Shown here in pieces: positions 20,051 through 30,209 of a DNA stretch of 64,000 bases. This stretch comes from Methanobacteriota archaeon (GTDB lineage: Archaea; Halobacteriota; Bog-38; Methanoflorentales; Methanoflorentaceae): NCBI GenBank assembly GCA_963720465.1, contig OY970393.1, forward strand, positions 1,856,001 to 1,920,000. The letters run 5' to 3'. The notes beneath the pieces are model-generated. The model was not told where the DNA came from, made no database searches, and was given only the letters and a program-made list of their open reading frames with translations. Numbering within the stretch: position 1 is the stretch's first letter; the number at the start of each line of letters is the position of its first letter. Made by a program: the position numbers and the translations under genes.

Positions 20051-20860
20051 TTACGCGGCCCCGGCCGTTGCCTCGATTTCGAGCATGTACACGCGAATGC
20101 GTATCTGCCCGCTTCGATCTGCGGGTGACAGCTCGATGCAGCGCTGTACGACCTCGTTAAGAAAGGCGTCGCGCTTCTGCGCAGGAATCTGGTCGGTGTA
20201 TCGATGCCACGTCGATCGTGCGTATCCCTTGAGCGCGTCGGCATCCCGGTGCATTACTTCTTCGTTGACGAACTTGAAGCGCCGCAGCAGGAAGCCGGCA
20301 TCCGTAAGCAGTTGTTCGCACTCGTCTGCACTATACGTTCTACGCTGCTCGAATCCATCAAAATACGTTCTCCACGTCGGACGGTCCATAACCTCTTTTC
20401 GCGCTAGGTGCAGCGGCGACCTGATCTGTGCTGTGGCGTGTCGTTTTGCCACGATCTGAGCCGCAAAGCGCCCACCAGGCGTGAGGCTTTGCTTGATGCC
20501 GCGCAGCGCAATCGGCAGGTCTTTGATCCAGTGGAGCGACGCAAACGCGACGACGACGTCAAACTCGTTGCGGAACGTGAGCTTCGTTACGTCTCCACAA
20601 CGAAATGACAGGTTCGGATGCGCCGACGGGGGAAACATCATCCGGGCGAATCCGATCATGTCGGGGGAGGCATCAATGCCGAGCACAGAGCCATGCGGCA
20701 CGCGTGTGGCAAGCTCGGCTGTCACCTTTCCGTCGCCACAGCCGACGTCCAAGATGCGCTCGTTACCGTAGAGCCGAAGCCTTTCGAGTAATCCAAGTGC
20801 GAGGGCGTACTGTGGGTAGGAGTGCTCGTAATAGTCGACGGGGTCCCATGTCTCCGTCAT
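20051..20860 (-). CDS. Class I SAM-dependent methyltransferase (trans-aconitate methyltransferase-like)
   Basis: WDPVDY..Q, ILDVGCGDGKVT, GIDASPDMI, FDVV..ASLHW, LTPGG motifs. Confidence 0.85.
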   Translation of the reverse strand: MTETWDPVDYYEHSYPQYALALGLLERLRLYGNERILDVGCGDGKVTAELATRVPHGSVLGIDASPDMIGFARMMFPPSAHPNLSFRCGDVTKLTFRNEFDVVVAFASLHWIKDLPIALRGIKQSLTPGGRFAAQIVAKRHATAQIRSPLHLARKEVMDRPTWRTYFDGFEQRRTYSADECEQLLTDAGFLLRRFKFVNEEVMHRDADALKGYARSTWHRYTDQIPAQKRDAFLNEVVQRCIELSPADRSGQIRIRVYMLEIEATAGAA

Positions 20861-20934
20861 CTGATGTGCCTCTCGACATAATAGGTCGTGTCGTCTCTTG
20901 ATTGTAACTGCGTCATAGTGATAGGTGGCACAAC

Positions 20935-21106
20935 AGTGTATCGCTATTGCCCGAATGGGTATGCTAGGATGACGCTCAACAACGCGAAGTTCGAAACGAA
21001 GCTGAAAACGGCAGCAACAACGAGGAATTGGAAAACGATAAACAAATTGCTCGTCATTTCCAAATTAAGTTAGTGAGGCAACCTGGGCAATCAAGTTGGG
21101 AATTGC
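20935..21106 (+). repeat. 172-bp direct repeat of the DUF1697 3' end plus downstream flank (other copy 19838-20009)
   Basis: Direct comparison shows only scattered substitutions; the two copies bracket the methyltransferase. Confidence 0.9.
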
Positions 21107-21171
21107 AAGGATTCGTCACACAGCGACGAGCATCGCAAATGAGAACGGACTGCCTTTAGCAACAGCGTGCT

Positions 21172-21645
21172 CTACGCACTCAAAAGACCCTTCGCAAACA
21201 CACGGGCGTTCTCCAGATCCTTTTCGTCCGGATGTCCTTTGTTCTTGCCGCCAATAAACGCGAGCGCCCCTTTCCAGTCTCTGTTTAATCGCAGCGCGCC
21301 CGCGAACTCGCCAAAGCAGGTGAACTCGCCGACGATGTGACACCCTTTCTCAGTAAGCTTCTCCTTGATCTGCTTGTGGTTGACCTCTCGAACGTTGCCG
21401 CAGGTCGAAAAAACGAATACGTTCTTGTCCATCACAGGCATGGTTTCGATCAGTTCGAACAGTGTCTTGTGGTGCTTTAACCCGTAGATGCCCGAGCCAA
21501 AGCCGATGAGGTCGTATCCTGTGAGCGCTTCCGGCCGCACGTCTTCGACCTTTGTGAGCTGTGCGTTCATAGCCTCCGCCATGGCCTTTGCCACCTTCTC
21601 GGTGTTCATGCGATGGTAGGACTTGTAAACGATAAGGGTGTTCAC
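21172..21645 (-). CDS. Flavodoxin family protein
   Basis: IVYKSYHRMNTEKVA, YDLIGFGSGIY, FVFST, GHPDEKDL motifs. Confidence 0.88.
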   Translation of the reverse strand: MNTLIVYKSYHRMNTEKVAKAMAEAMNAQLTKVEDVRPEALTGYDLIGFGSGIYGLKHHKTLFELIETMPVMDKNVFVFSTCGNVREVNHKQIKEKLTEKGCHIVGEFTCFGEFAGALRLNRDWKGALAFIGGKNKGHPDEKDLENARVFAKGLLSA

Positions 21646-22078
21646 GATTCCTCGTGTTGTTAGTACGGTTGTTATGACGATTGTCGCATATATAAAGCCG
21701 ATTATGACAACTATTTGTTACTCTCCTTTCGCGCTGGTCCTGAACTTTTGCAAAAAAAGGCACGTATGGAACAAAACTGGCCTTCGACATCACGCCAAGG
21801 AGGAAGTTAACGCCGTTTGTTTTGCCGGGCTGCGCACCAGCCAGCGCATCAGGCTTCCAAGGGGGTCAGTCCGCACTCGAGGTAAAATGAGATATGAACG
21901 CATCGATCGGGCACAGTGCCTCTACTCCCACGACTAACGTGTCAACGGAACATGTGAACGTCGGCCCATTCAGCGTCATCCGCTCTGTTTCAGCGTCGCA
22001 TTTTGACCCCGAAACAAGCCCCCCATCAGGGCGCTGGTCCGACGACTTGACGTACTTTTCCGTTACGTCGCGTTCATC

Positions 22079-22537
22079 CTAACTCGCGCGGAGCAGGCTA
22101 TTAATTTGAGCTGTAATCCCCGTGGTATTCGTGGCGTCGATCCAATGCCCGACTTCACGGCCGTTGTTTAGCAGGATCAGCGTCGGGACCGACGGCACCT
22201 TGTACTGATCGGCCAGCGGGCTCGCATAGTTCACGATCGACTGCACGGGGACCTTCCCTGCATACTTCTTTTGAAGCTGGGTCACGTGTGGCTCCAGCGC
22301 TTGGCAATAGGGACAATTCGTCTCATAGAAGAACAGCACCTTCAAGTGTGCCGGCACACGCGTTGCTGACGCTGAAGTCGTAGTATTTGCTGTCTTTGCT
22401 TTCATTGATGCTGTACTCGATGCTGCTTGTGATGCACTGCTTGCCGTTTGGTTGCTATTAGTTGATGATGTGCAACCCGCTATTGATAACGAGGCAACCA
22501 TCACGAGCACTATGATGGCTAACAACTTTTTTATCAT
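22079..22537 (-). CDS. Lipoprotein with a thioredoxin domain
   Basis: Lipobox SIAGC; Ser/Thr/Ala linker; CPYC and VPT motifs. Confidence 0.85.
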   Translation of the reverse strand: MIKKLLAIIVLVMVASLSIAGCTSSTNSNQTASSASQAASSTASMKAKTANTTTSASATRVPAHLKVLFFYETNCPYCQALEPHVTQLQKKYAGKVPVQSIVNYASPLADQYKVPSVPTLILLNNGREVGHWIDATNTTGITAQINSLLRAS

Positions 22538-23527
22538 ATGCGTCGCCCAAAAAGGCGGCGAGATAGTATAAGTGTTGCTGTTAGCTGGAGTGTTGCTGTT
22601 AGCTGGGCCCCATCTTGTATCGTTTGATGGCTCGAAGAACAGGGGAGTTATCAAAACTGCTTCGCGGCGATTAAGGAATTGGGTATTTTCGAGCTTAGCA
22701 GGTCACACGCTGCCGTTAATGACGTAGGATACTATTGGTCACTTCCCGCGAACGCGGACGCCGTTAGGTGTGACACAAAGATGCTGTCACGCTTTCCCAC
22801 ACAAAGATGCTGTCACGAGTTCCAACGCAATCTATGTCTCACGCGGCCTTATGAAACCATTCCGTGTAGTCCTGATCGGAGATGAACGTGATGGCTACGA
22901 ATGCAACAACCATAAAAAACGGAGCCTGCTGGTATGGCCTCCACTTCGGCTCCTTGAACACCACAAACGATCCGAACTGCACCAAGTGCGCAGAGCGCCT
23001 CGGCCACGCCGTGAACAGCGTGCTTCGCCCCCCGCAGCGCGGTTAACTGAGTGGTTTATCGCACCAGCCGAGAAATAACGGGTGATACCTCATAGGTTTG
23101 GTACCACTTAATTTCCAAACTGGTCGCTGAGGTTATGGGGCACAAGGCCTTTATGCTTTCAGCACGACGCTGTGCGCAACGCGATCGCCGAGACGCTATT
23201 TCTATCCAAATGAGGATTACGCTGAGCAGGTAGGGCTGAAGTGCTGAATCTCGTCGATCTATAACAGAATCGTGCGTACAAACGCCGCTCCGTAGGCGAT
23301 CGGTGTGTGGTTCGTCTGACCGCTTTTATCTAGACTACCACCTACCAACCGATTGTCCGCAACGTCCTAAGAGGGGCGCGACGTAGAGCAGCTTAATCAC
23401 GCTGCCCAAAACGATAGCTGCGAAGTAACCATCACCTTCAAAAGTGCGCGATGAGCTCCCAAGATAGTGCCATCAATGAGTGACGCTGCAACGCGAATAG
23501 CGACACTATGACAAGGCATTCTAGCGC

Positions 23528-23929
23528 CTAGTGTGGATGCGGCGCTTGCGTCAAAATGAGGATGCCCCCCAGTAGGAAGAGTACGAAGGTAAGAACGCCA
23601 AAAAGTGATATCAGAACCCCGAGCGGAATGAGGATGGCTCCTGCTACGAACTCTACAAAGCTAAGAGTGCTTAAAAGGCCGATCGATATCAGAGCTCCGA
23701 GCGCTCCGATAATCATAAGCGTTGCGCCTATGATTTTCCGGTTTTCGAGCACGCCGCCGGCGACTCCGACTAGTGAGAAGATGAGTGCTGCCCCTGCTGC
23801 GTTGGAGTAAGGCTGTAACCCCCCCATTGCGTTAAACGCCTCGGGCATGCCTCCGAGCTGAACGACGAGTATGACGGCTAGGATACCGGCGATTCCTCCG
23901 ATTATCCCAAGCCAAAATGCGTTGCCCAT
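23528..23929 (-). CDS. Gly-rich multi-TM hypothetical membrane protein
   Basis: 4-5 hydrophobic helices. Confidence 0.65.
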   Translation of the reverse strand: MGNAFWLGIIGGIAGILAVILVVQLGGMPEAFNAMGGLQPYSNAAGAALIFSLVGVAGGVLENRKIIGATLMIIGALGALISIGLLSTLSFVEFVAGAILIPLGVLISLFGVLTFVLFLLGGILILTQAPHPH

Positions 23930-24048
23930 ATATGCATCTCTCAAGATTTGGCTGTAACTCTATGCCGCCCTAGTGCACCTGTTATTCCTTTCGTCTAGTA
24001 CAATCGGTGTCGATGTGGTTTGGCACTCTGGGAGTCCAATCACAAAGG

Positions 24049-24615
24049 TCAGATCACGAGTATTCTTAGTGTTTCTGCCCCCACAATGTTATCGGCTTGT
24101 TCTATCCTGTGAACGCGATACAATGAGATGTTCAACAGACTTCCTTCGGTCCACACGTATTCTTTGTAAATCTGCGGTGCATGACCTGTTACATTTTGAT
24201 AGACCGCTGCATCTTGGGGATTGGTGCTGACCAGGGTGTACGCTGTTAAGTTCAAAGTGTCGACGTAATTTGTCGCGTCTTGTGTGGTCGGAAATACAAT
24301 GAAGGTCCGGTCCAGAGTCACGGTCTCGGTCCGGTTTGTTTGTCTTATGACCGCTGTCCATACTACGTGCGCGGACGTGCTGTTACTCCATACGAGCTCC
24401 CACGCCGTGATGCGCTGGCTGCTGTTCGAGTATTGTTCAGTCTTGTACGCTGTAATGTATTTTTCCAACAAGGCGTTGTGCTGTGTCGTTGCATTTGTGG
24501 CACTTGATGTGGCGCTTGGTGCTTGGGTGGTGTTGTTTGTGCTAGTAGTGCAACCTGCTATTGATAATGAGGCAATCACAATAAGCAGGATAAGAGCTAG
24601 CAACTTTTTTGTCAT
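24049..24615 (-). CDS. Hypothetical lipoprotein
   Basis: MTKKLLALILLIVIASLSIAGC lipobox; many sequons; TATA-like TTTATA ~26 bp upstream. Confidence 0.75.
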   Translation of the reverse strand: MTKKLLALILLIVIASLSIAGCTTSTNNTTQAPSATSSATNATTQHNALLEKYITAYKTEQYSNSSQRITAWELVWSNSTSAHVVWTAVIRQTNRTETVTLDRTFIVFPTTQDATNYVDTLNLTAYTLVSTNPQDAAVYQNVTGHAPQIYKEYVWTEGSLLNISLYRVHRIEQADNIVGAETLRILVI

Positions 24616-24840
24616 ACCGCGATAATGAATGCTGCTTACGTATAAAGCTGCTTTTTAGCCACTTTACGGCGGCGTGTTTCTGGTTTTCGGGAGCATAAGG
24701 AACTGATGCCGTCTCTAGACAAGCTTTCGTCAAGCCGCGTGAAGCTTGCTCGCGGCGGAGGCTTTTGATTTGAGCTAAATATATTTTGTACCTTACATCG
24801 ACCTCAATAGCTTCTCAAGACGAGTTCTTTTGCTGAGGTT

Positions 24841-25737
24841 TTATATCCGCGTATTATCGTATCTAACCTTCCAATACCCGAGCACAACGAGCGCCTTAAG
24901 CGCGTAGTAGGCGTTCTCGAGGCTCGAAATGCCTGAATCGACAGCCCGCCGAAACCCGCCGTTGGCGTTCTGGAGCTGGCCGATGAACCGGGCGATCTCC
25001 TGTCGGTAGCGGGGGCTCTCGTTCACCGCCTGCATAATGGAGAGCCCCCGGTGGATCTCGTCGAGGTAGTTGGGCGTATTCATGGGCGTTTGCGAGAATC
25101 CTCCGGTCTTCCACTCGCATCGCCGTATCCATTGTGAGACGCCCGCAAGGCAGTCTGCTGGGGAGAAGGAGAGCGCCTGTACCGCATTGTACGTCGAATA
25201 GATCGACGCGTGGTCAACACCGAATCCTCCCTCGGGACGCCGGTATTGACGTACCGCCGCGACGACCTCAGTCTTGACCGCTGGCGAGGGTTCTTTGCGT
25301 CGGAGGGCGAGGATCGCAACGGCCCTGCCCAGAGATTCAAGGAACGAGTTACTGAGCTGGTAGTACGGCTGAGATACGATACTGAGCGTACCCCTCAACT
25401 GGCTGTGCAGAAAGTCGTCCGAATCGAAGAGCGGCGGCACGCCCAAAAGATCGAGCACGCGAAGAACGTAATCGGCTGAGTAAATGCTCTGGAAGGAGCC
25501 ATCGCTGCCTTGGCGTTGTTGTAGGAAGTCTGCCGTCAGCTCAGGCTCCGGCACGGGTCGATTAAGCGCCGTGAGCGCGTACACTGCATAGAAGGTGTCG
25601 GCTGCGTTCGACTCGTTGAGGCGATAGAAGCAGTACCCGCCGTCATCGTTCCTCGTGCTTTCGACGTATCCGACGAGTTGACGCACGTCAAACCGTAACA
25701 GTTTCTCGTTCACTCCGGTCAATAGTAGTGCCTTCAT
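24841..25737 (-). CDS. Prenyltransferase/squalene-oxidase repeat protein
   Basis: Repeated RNDDGGY / QGSDGSF / PEGGF / QNANGGF..YYALKAL motifs. Confidence 0.75.
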   Translation of the reverse strand: MKALLLTGVNEKLLRFDVRQLVGYVESTRNDDGGYCFYRLNESNAADTFYAVYALTALNRPVPEPELTADFLQQRQGSDGSFQSIYSADYVLRVLDLLGVPPLFDSDDFLHSQLRGTLSIVSQPYYQLSNSFLESLGRAVAILALRRKEPSPAVKTEVVAAVRQYRRPEGGFGVDHASIYSTYNAVQALSFSPADCLAGVSQWIRRCEWKTGGFSQTPMNTPNYLDEIHRGLSIMQAVNESPRYRQEIARFIGQLQNANGGFRRAVDSGISSLENAYYALKALVVLGYWKVRYDNTRI

Positions 25738-26107
25738 CCTTGGCAAGTGCACCCGGTGGACGATGGCCGACGTGACGCGACTAAAATTGCGAGTAAAATA
25801 GCGATACCCACGAGCAATGGGGTTGCATCAGGATACACGGTGGCTCCCTCCGTTGGCTTGCGAATTTCGTAGGAGTCATCAGCCTTATGCGGTTACGGTG
25901 AACTCCATCACCCGTGCATGGCACATACGTATGTTCTTACATAACTATTGCGGCTGTGCACGCCTCCCGTCCTCAAAAGAAGCGGTGGGGGTCCACGAAT
26001 ACTGATCGACATTGCTTCCGGCAGCCATTGTGCTCACATCGTTCACAAACTGAAGGCGCTATCGCGATCTCTGCCACGTTCTTGAATGTTTGGCTACTAC
26101 CGGTCGG

Positions 26108-26587
26108 TCACCCGATGCTGCGACGCTGGAAACCGACTAGTCCGCCGATGGTGAGCACCAACGCTACGAGGGTGAGCGAAACTAGCGGCATTAGGGATAC
26201 TCCACTGACGAGAACCGTCGGCACGTGGTTGAATGGCGAGATGTTCAGTATCGACTGGCTCACCTGCAACGTCTCTCCGATCAGCTCGACTAGTATGAAC
26301 GCTCCCAGCGCCCCCCAGCTCACAAACGACAGCCGAGGTACGAGACCGTACAGGGCCATTGTGATTCCTACCACCACCAAGACGGGAGGCAGGTACGCGA
26401 GCGCGGCGACCAGCACACGGGGCAGTTCGTAGCCTACGTTGCCGGTGCTCAGCCCGTAGGTCAGCCCGGCCGGGAGGCCGAAGGCCGTGAGCACGACCGC
26501 CGAGCCGATGACCACGAGGGCTCGGGTTTTCCCGTAATACTTGGTCAGATTCTCAATTTCGATCACCGACAAAGGATTCGCCTCCAA
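26108..26587 (-). pseudogene. In-frame deletion derivative of the ABC operon at 38426-40935 (ATPase N-terminus fused to permease C-terminus)
   Basis: First ~21 aa match the ATPase at 40935; the remainder matches the last ~135 aa of the permease at 38426..40024. Confidence 0.85.
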
Positions 26588-26684
26588 CCATTTTATTCGT
26601 CCCGTTCATTTGTAGGCTGCTTAAAGTCTGAGACTTTCATCTCATAACTCAGCACAAACTACAATGCTTAATTTTCTTTCGTAC

Positions 26685-26705
26685 TTCGATATCAACGAAA
26701 TCGAA
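26685..26705. other. Palindromic site TTCGAT-N9-ATCGAA (candidate recombination core site or operator); second copy 41033-41053; right half only at 33893-33904
   Basis: Inverted repeat seen directly; it marks the boundary of homology between integrase-tail copies. Confidence 0.5.
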
Positions 26706-26753
26706 ACAAGTGGTACCAGCTTTTCCCTCTCTTTTTGCTCGTGACTTTAACAG

Positions 26754-26884
26754 CTAGAATGGCACGGCGTCATAGATTTTGGCAAGTCGCTCTCCTTGAA
26801 TTGCAGTAAGGTCCAATGTCCGAACAACATCTGAACCCGACGAATGTCAGTGTTGTGCCGCGCCAAGTTGACAGCAAAGAAGTG
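26754..26884 (-). pseudogene. Tyrosine recombinase 3' remnant A (lacks catalytic Tyr)
   Basis: FAVNLARHNTDIRRVQMLFGHWTLLQF..YDAVPF*; close to 33953-34085. Confidence 0.85.
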
Positions 26885-27129
26885 TGGAGGCGATGCCGTT
26901 CGTAACCTCTGTTCGAATGCTCGAAATTATTCGCTTTCTGCTTCGACTTAGACTGACTAGGCGTCGCTTTGGGCCACGTGCAGTGTGTCAGGAAGTGCAA
27001 AGTCGATACCGGTAAAGGGAGCAACGCTCCTCGTTGTCGCAGCACCACTCGCTGGAGTAATTGTCAAGAGGCGCGGTGCAAAGCTGCCCATCTTCATAGC
27101 GACTGCACTCCTTGCGGCAAGCGCCTACT

Positions 27130-27350
27130 GCCTCTATGCGTTCCAGTGACGCGGCCGCAAATCATCTTCGGGGTGCTGATCGCGGGTGTGGGTGTAGCAC
27201 TCGATTTGGTGATGATGGTCGACATCATTATACAACTGTCGAACAATCACAAACGGGAACTGCGACCGGGATACTGACCATTCAGAACCGTTGGCAGTGC
27301 TGTCGGCCCCATTATTACGGGCGTCGACCTCACCCAGTACGTTCACCGCT
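27130..27350 (+). pseudogene. C-terminal MFS transporter fragment
   Basis: Across frameshifts: IFGVLIAGVGVAL../EQSQTGTATGI../TVGSAVGPIITG. Confidence 0.45.
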
Positions 27351-27352
27351 AA

Positions 27353-28216
27353 TCATTCAGACACCCCGGAGCCCTGTGATAGGCCCGCCCCTCCCGAATG
27401 CAACAGCATTCGGTGTGCTTCTTCTATCTCTATTTTTGTATTCAATACGAATGCTTTATTTGTTGATGTTATAGCACTAAGAGAGTCGCTTTTTAAGGGG
27501 GGTATCGTTAAAAGTTCAGAATCATCAACCACCAGCGAAAAAAGGTTGCCAAAGTCTAGCATATCCATCATATTGGCTCTGGAACGTTTATGCAACTCTG
27601 TTTCGTGGTGCTCTAAAGATTCCATGATCTGGCTTTTTTCAATGATCTGGATTTTCACATTACTTTTTTTATATAAGGGTTCTAATCTTTTTTTTGTGTC
27701 TTGATCAGCTGCAATTAGTACTAAGTATATTTTAATATTCTTTTTTGCGGCCTTTTCTATGTAATCTAGGTATTTTCCTGATGTTTGGCAGTATACACTC
27801 TCCCGAGCATTATTTAGCATGTCTTTGATTTTAAATTCAAAGCTTTTAGCGCCGAAAATAAACCATAAAGGAGAAGAGTGTTCGGTGATTATCTCCTGCT
27901 TTTTAAGGGTCTGGAATTCTTTTAAAGCTTCTTTCTTGGCGTCCTGATGTTTTTTTATTATTAGTTCTAGCGCAACTCTTGGCTCTATCGCCTGATAGGT
28001 AGCCGGTCTCGGACTTGTTAACACGATCAAACCAGTTTCTTCAAGCATCCTCAAGCCATCGTATACCCTCGGTTTAGATACATCCAGAAATTCTAGCAGG
28101 TCTCTTACTTCTGCGCTTTGCAATACTACCAGCGCTGCGTATATTTTCGCCTCTGACTCGAGCAACCCAAGCTCTGTTAAAGATGTGAGCAGTTGACTGG
28201 GTAATCGTCTCATCAT
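27353..28216 (-). CDS. TrmB family transcriptional regulator
   Basis: LGLLESEAKIYAALV..VSKPRVYDGLRMLEETGLI..RPATYQAIEP; C-terminal LVVDDSELL. Confidence 0.9.
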   Translation of the reverse strand: MMRRLPSQLLTSLTELGLLESEAKIYAALVVLQSAEVRDLLEFLDVSKPRVYDGLRMLEETGLIVLTSPRPATYQAIEPRVALELIIKKHQDAKKEALKEFQTLKKQEIITEHSSPLWFIFGAKSFEFKIKDMLNNARESVYCQTSGKYLDYIEKAAKKNIKIYLVLIAADQDTKKRLEPLYKKSNVKIQIIEKSQIMESLEHHETELHKRSRANMMDMLDFGNLFSLVVDDSELLTIPPLKSDSLSAITSTNKAFVLNTKIEIEEAHRMLLHSGGAGLSQGSGVSE

Positions 28217-28296
28217 TGTCCCTCTTAATTATAAGTTGTCAAATTATTATTTACTTAGCCGTTATTTATATATACCTCTTACACCCCATATCAATC

Positions 28297-28316
28297 GTTG
28301 TTAAATTTTTGACAAC
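28297..28316. promoter_or_regulatory. Putative TrmB operator GTTGTTAAA-TT-TTTGACAAC, with an extra half-site at 28233-28243
   Basis: Near-perfect palindrome in the divergent trmB/ABC intergenic region. Confidence 0.6.
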
Positions 28317-28431
28317 TTCAATAGCAAAATGATTGCAGGCAAAGATAGCATGGAAACTAAAAATCTTTGCTTATATTCGGCCGACCTGCTCCGTGCACGG
28401 CCACGAGAGTAAAAACTGACTGAGGTTTATA

Positions 28432-29427
28432 ATGTCCGATATCATTAGCGTCGAAAACCTTGTCAAGGTGTATCCTGGAGGTACACGGGCTGTCGATGGG
28501 ATCTCGTTCAGTGTGAGCGAAGGCGAGTTCTTTGGGTTCCTCGGCCCGAATGGTGCGGGAAAGAGCACGACGATCCAGGTTCTCACGACACTGCTGAAGA
28601 AAACCTCCGGCTCTGCGACCGTTGCTGGCTACGATGTTGAAACGGATGCACGGGAGATACGCAAAGTTATCGGCGTCCAACGCCAGGAGACCATTCTGGA
28701 CGGGGACCTGACGGGCCGCGAGAACCTCACCCTTCAAGGGCACCTTCAGCGGTTGCACGGTGATGCTCTCAAAAAACGCGTGGACGAACTGCTCACACTC
28801 GTCGAGCTCTCGGACGTCGCTGACAAGAGGGCGGCACACTACTCCGGAGGGATGAAAAAGCGGCTCGACCTCGCATCTACCCTTGTTCACAAACCACGCG
28901 TGCTCTTTCTAGACGAGCCGACCTCGGGGCTCGATCCCCAATCGCGCGCAGCTATATGGGAGCACCTCGAGACGCTCAACAGAGAGGGGGGTGTAACGGT
29001 TTTTTTGACAACCCAGCAGATGGAAGAAGCCGACAGGCTCTGTCAACGGCTCTCAATAATCGATCACGGAGAGATTATTGTAGGTGGCTCGCCCGTAGAA
29101 CTCAAACATCAACTCGGCGGTGACACCATCACGCTGTCACTGGCCGACGCGGACTCAGACGGCGTAAGAGATAGATCAAAGCGGATTGTTAGCGGCATTC
29201 AAGGTGTTACCAAAGTCCTCGATATCGAAACGGGACTGGCGGCATACGCCAAGAACGCGGGCGCTCTCGTTCCCGATATCGTACGACTATTTGACGAGAA
29301 CGGGATTCGCTTGACGTCAATCAACGTCGCATCTGCCTCGCTGGATGACGTCTTTTTGCAGCACACAGGAAGACGGATACGATCAGAAGAACTGTCGAAA
29401 GGAGATACGTGGAAAGGACACGTGTGA
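28432..29427 (+). CDS. ABC exporter ATP-binding subunit (DrrA-like)
   Basis: GPNGAGKST, YSGGMKKR, LFLDEPT; the H-loop reads TTQ instead of TTH. Confidence 0.92.
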   Translation: MSDIISVENLVKVYPGGTRAVDGISFSVSEGEFFGFLGPNGAGKSTTIQVLTTLLKKTSGSATVAGYDVETDAREIRKVIGVQRQETILDGDLTGRENLTLQGHLQRLHGDALKKRVDELLTLVELSDVADKRAAHYSGGMKKRLDLASTLVHKPRVLFLDEPTSGLDPQSRAAIWEHLETLNREGGVTVFLTTQQMEEADRLCQRLSIIDHGEIIVGGSPVELKHQLGGDTITLSLADADSDGVRDRSKRIVSGIQGVTKVLDIETGLAAYAKNAGALVPDIVRLFDENGIRLTSINVASASLDDVFLQHTGRRIRSEELSKGDTWKGHV

Positions 29428-29438
29428 GGTGATAGAAG

Positions 29439-30209
29439 ATGTATGACGCTCTCCTTGACGTGTGGCACCTCTACATCAGGGCCTTAAAAAAGACTATACG
29501 GACTCCGATCCTCATCTTCAGCGCGCTCGCCCTACCAGTGCTGTTTCTGATTCTCTTCTCGCAAATTTTTACGCAGTTTGGAAACCTCCCAGGATTCCCT
29601 GCCGGCGGCTATGTCCAATTCGTAGTGGCTGGCATCATTATTATGAACCCCTTGTTTGATTCAGGGGGCGCAGGGGAGTCCGTGGTTGACGACATCAATT
29701 CGGGATTTGTTTCAAAGATGCTCGTGACGCCCGTGAACAGGGCCGCCATTCTGTTCGGTCGGTTACTGCATGATATGACCATGGTGCTTTTCCCGGTTGC
29801 TATAACGCTGGTGCTCGCGTACGCGCTTGGTGCAACGGTCATAACAGGGGCCCCAGGAATTCTGCTGATTCTTCTCACCGCCGCTTTCTTTGCGTTGGCT
29901 ATGTCAGGGCTGACGATGGCAATCGGGGTGAGAACAAAAAGTTCGCAAGCAGTCGCAAGTTTAGATCTTGTGGTGACGTTCCCTCTTGCGTTTGTGAGCA
30001 CAGCGTTCGTTCCATACCAGTTCCTTCCGGGCTGGGCGCAGGCCTTTTCGAATATCAACCCGTTTAGTTACGTGGTCGACGCGGTCAGGGTACTGATGTC
30101 CACAGGATTTGTTTGGAGTACCATTCTGGCCGCGTATGCAGTTATAGCGGTGTTCGCGGTAGTGACGGTAGGGGCCACATTATTTCAATTCAGGAGTGTA
30201 GTGAAGTAG
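29439..30209 (+). CDS. ABC-2 type permease (DrrB-like)
   Basis: Six TM helices; LVTPVNR, LPGW..NPFSYVVDAVR motifs. Confidence 0.9.
   Translation: MYDALLDVWHLYIRALKKTIRTPILIFSALALPVLFLILFSQIFTQFGNLPGFPAGGYVQFVVAGIIIMNPLFDSGGAGESVVDDINSGFVSKMLVTPVNRAAILFGRLLHDMTMVLFPVAITLVLAYALGATVITGAPGILLILLTAAFFALAMSGLTMAIGVRTKSSQAVASLDLVVTFPLAFVSTAFVPYQFLPGWAQAFSNINPFSYVVDAVRVLMSTGFVWSTILAAYAVIAVFAVVTVGATLFQFRSVVK

Noticed and set aside
19838-21106. Diversity-generating retroelement TR/VR pair
   Set aside because: Mismatches include T/G, C/T and G/C changes rather than being adenine-specific, and there is no reverse transcriptase in the window
22773-22843. Mini-CRISPR
   Set aside because: 19-bp repeats separated by only 7 bp; far too short for spacers
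25720-25740. Shared MKALLL start among the Nmad3, prenyltransferase-repeat and DUF1890 genes as a shuffled module
   Set aside because: Similarity is limited to about 6 codons of a common N-terminal pattern, and the upstream DNA does not match
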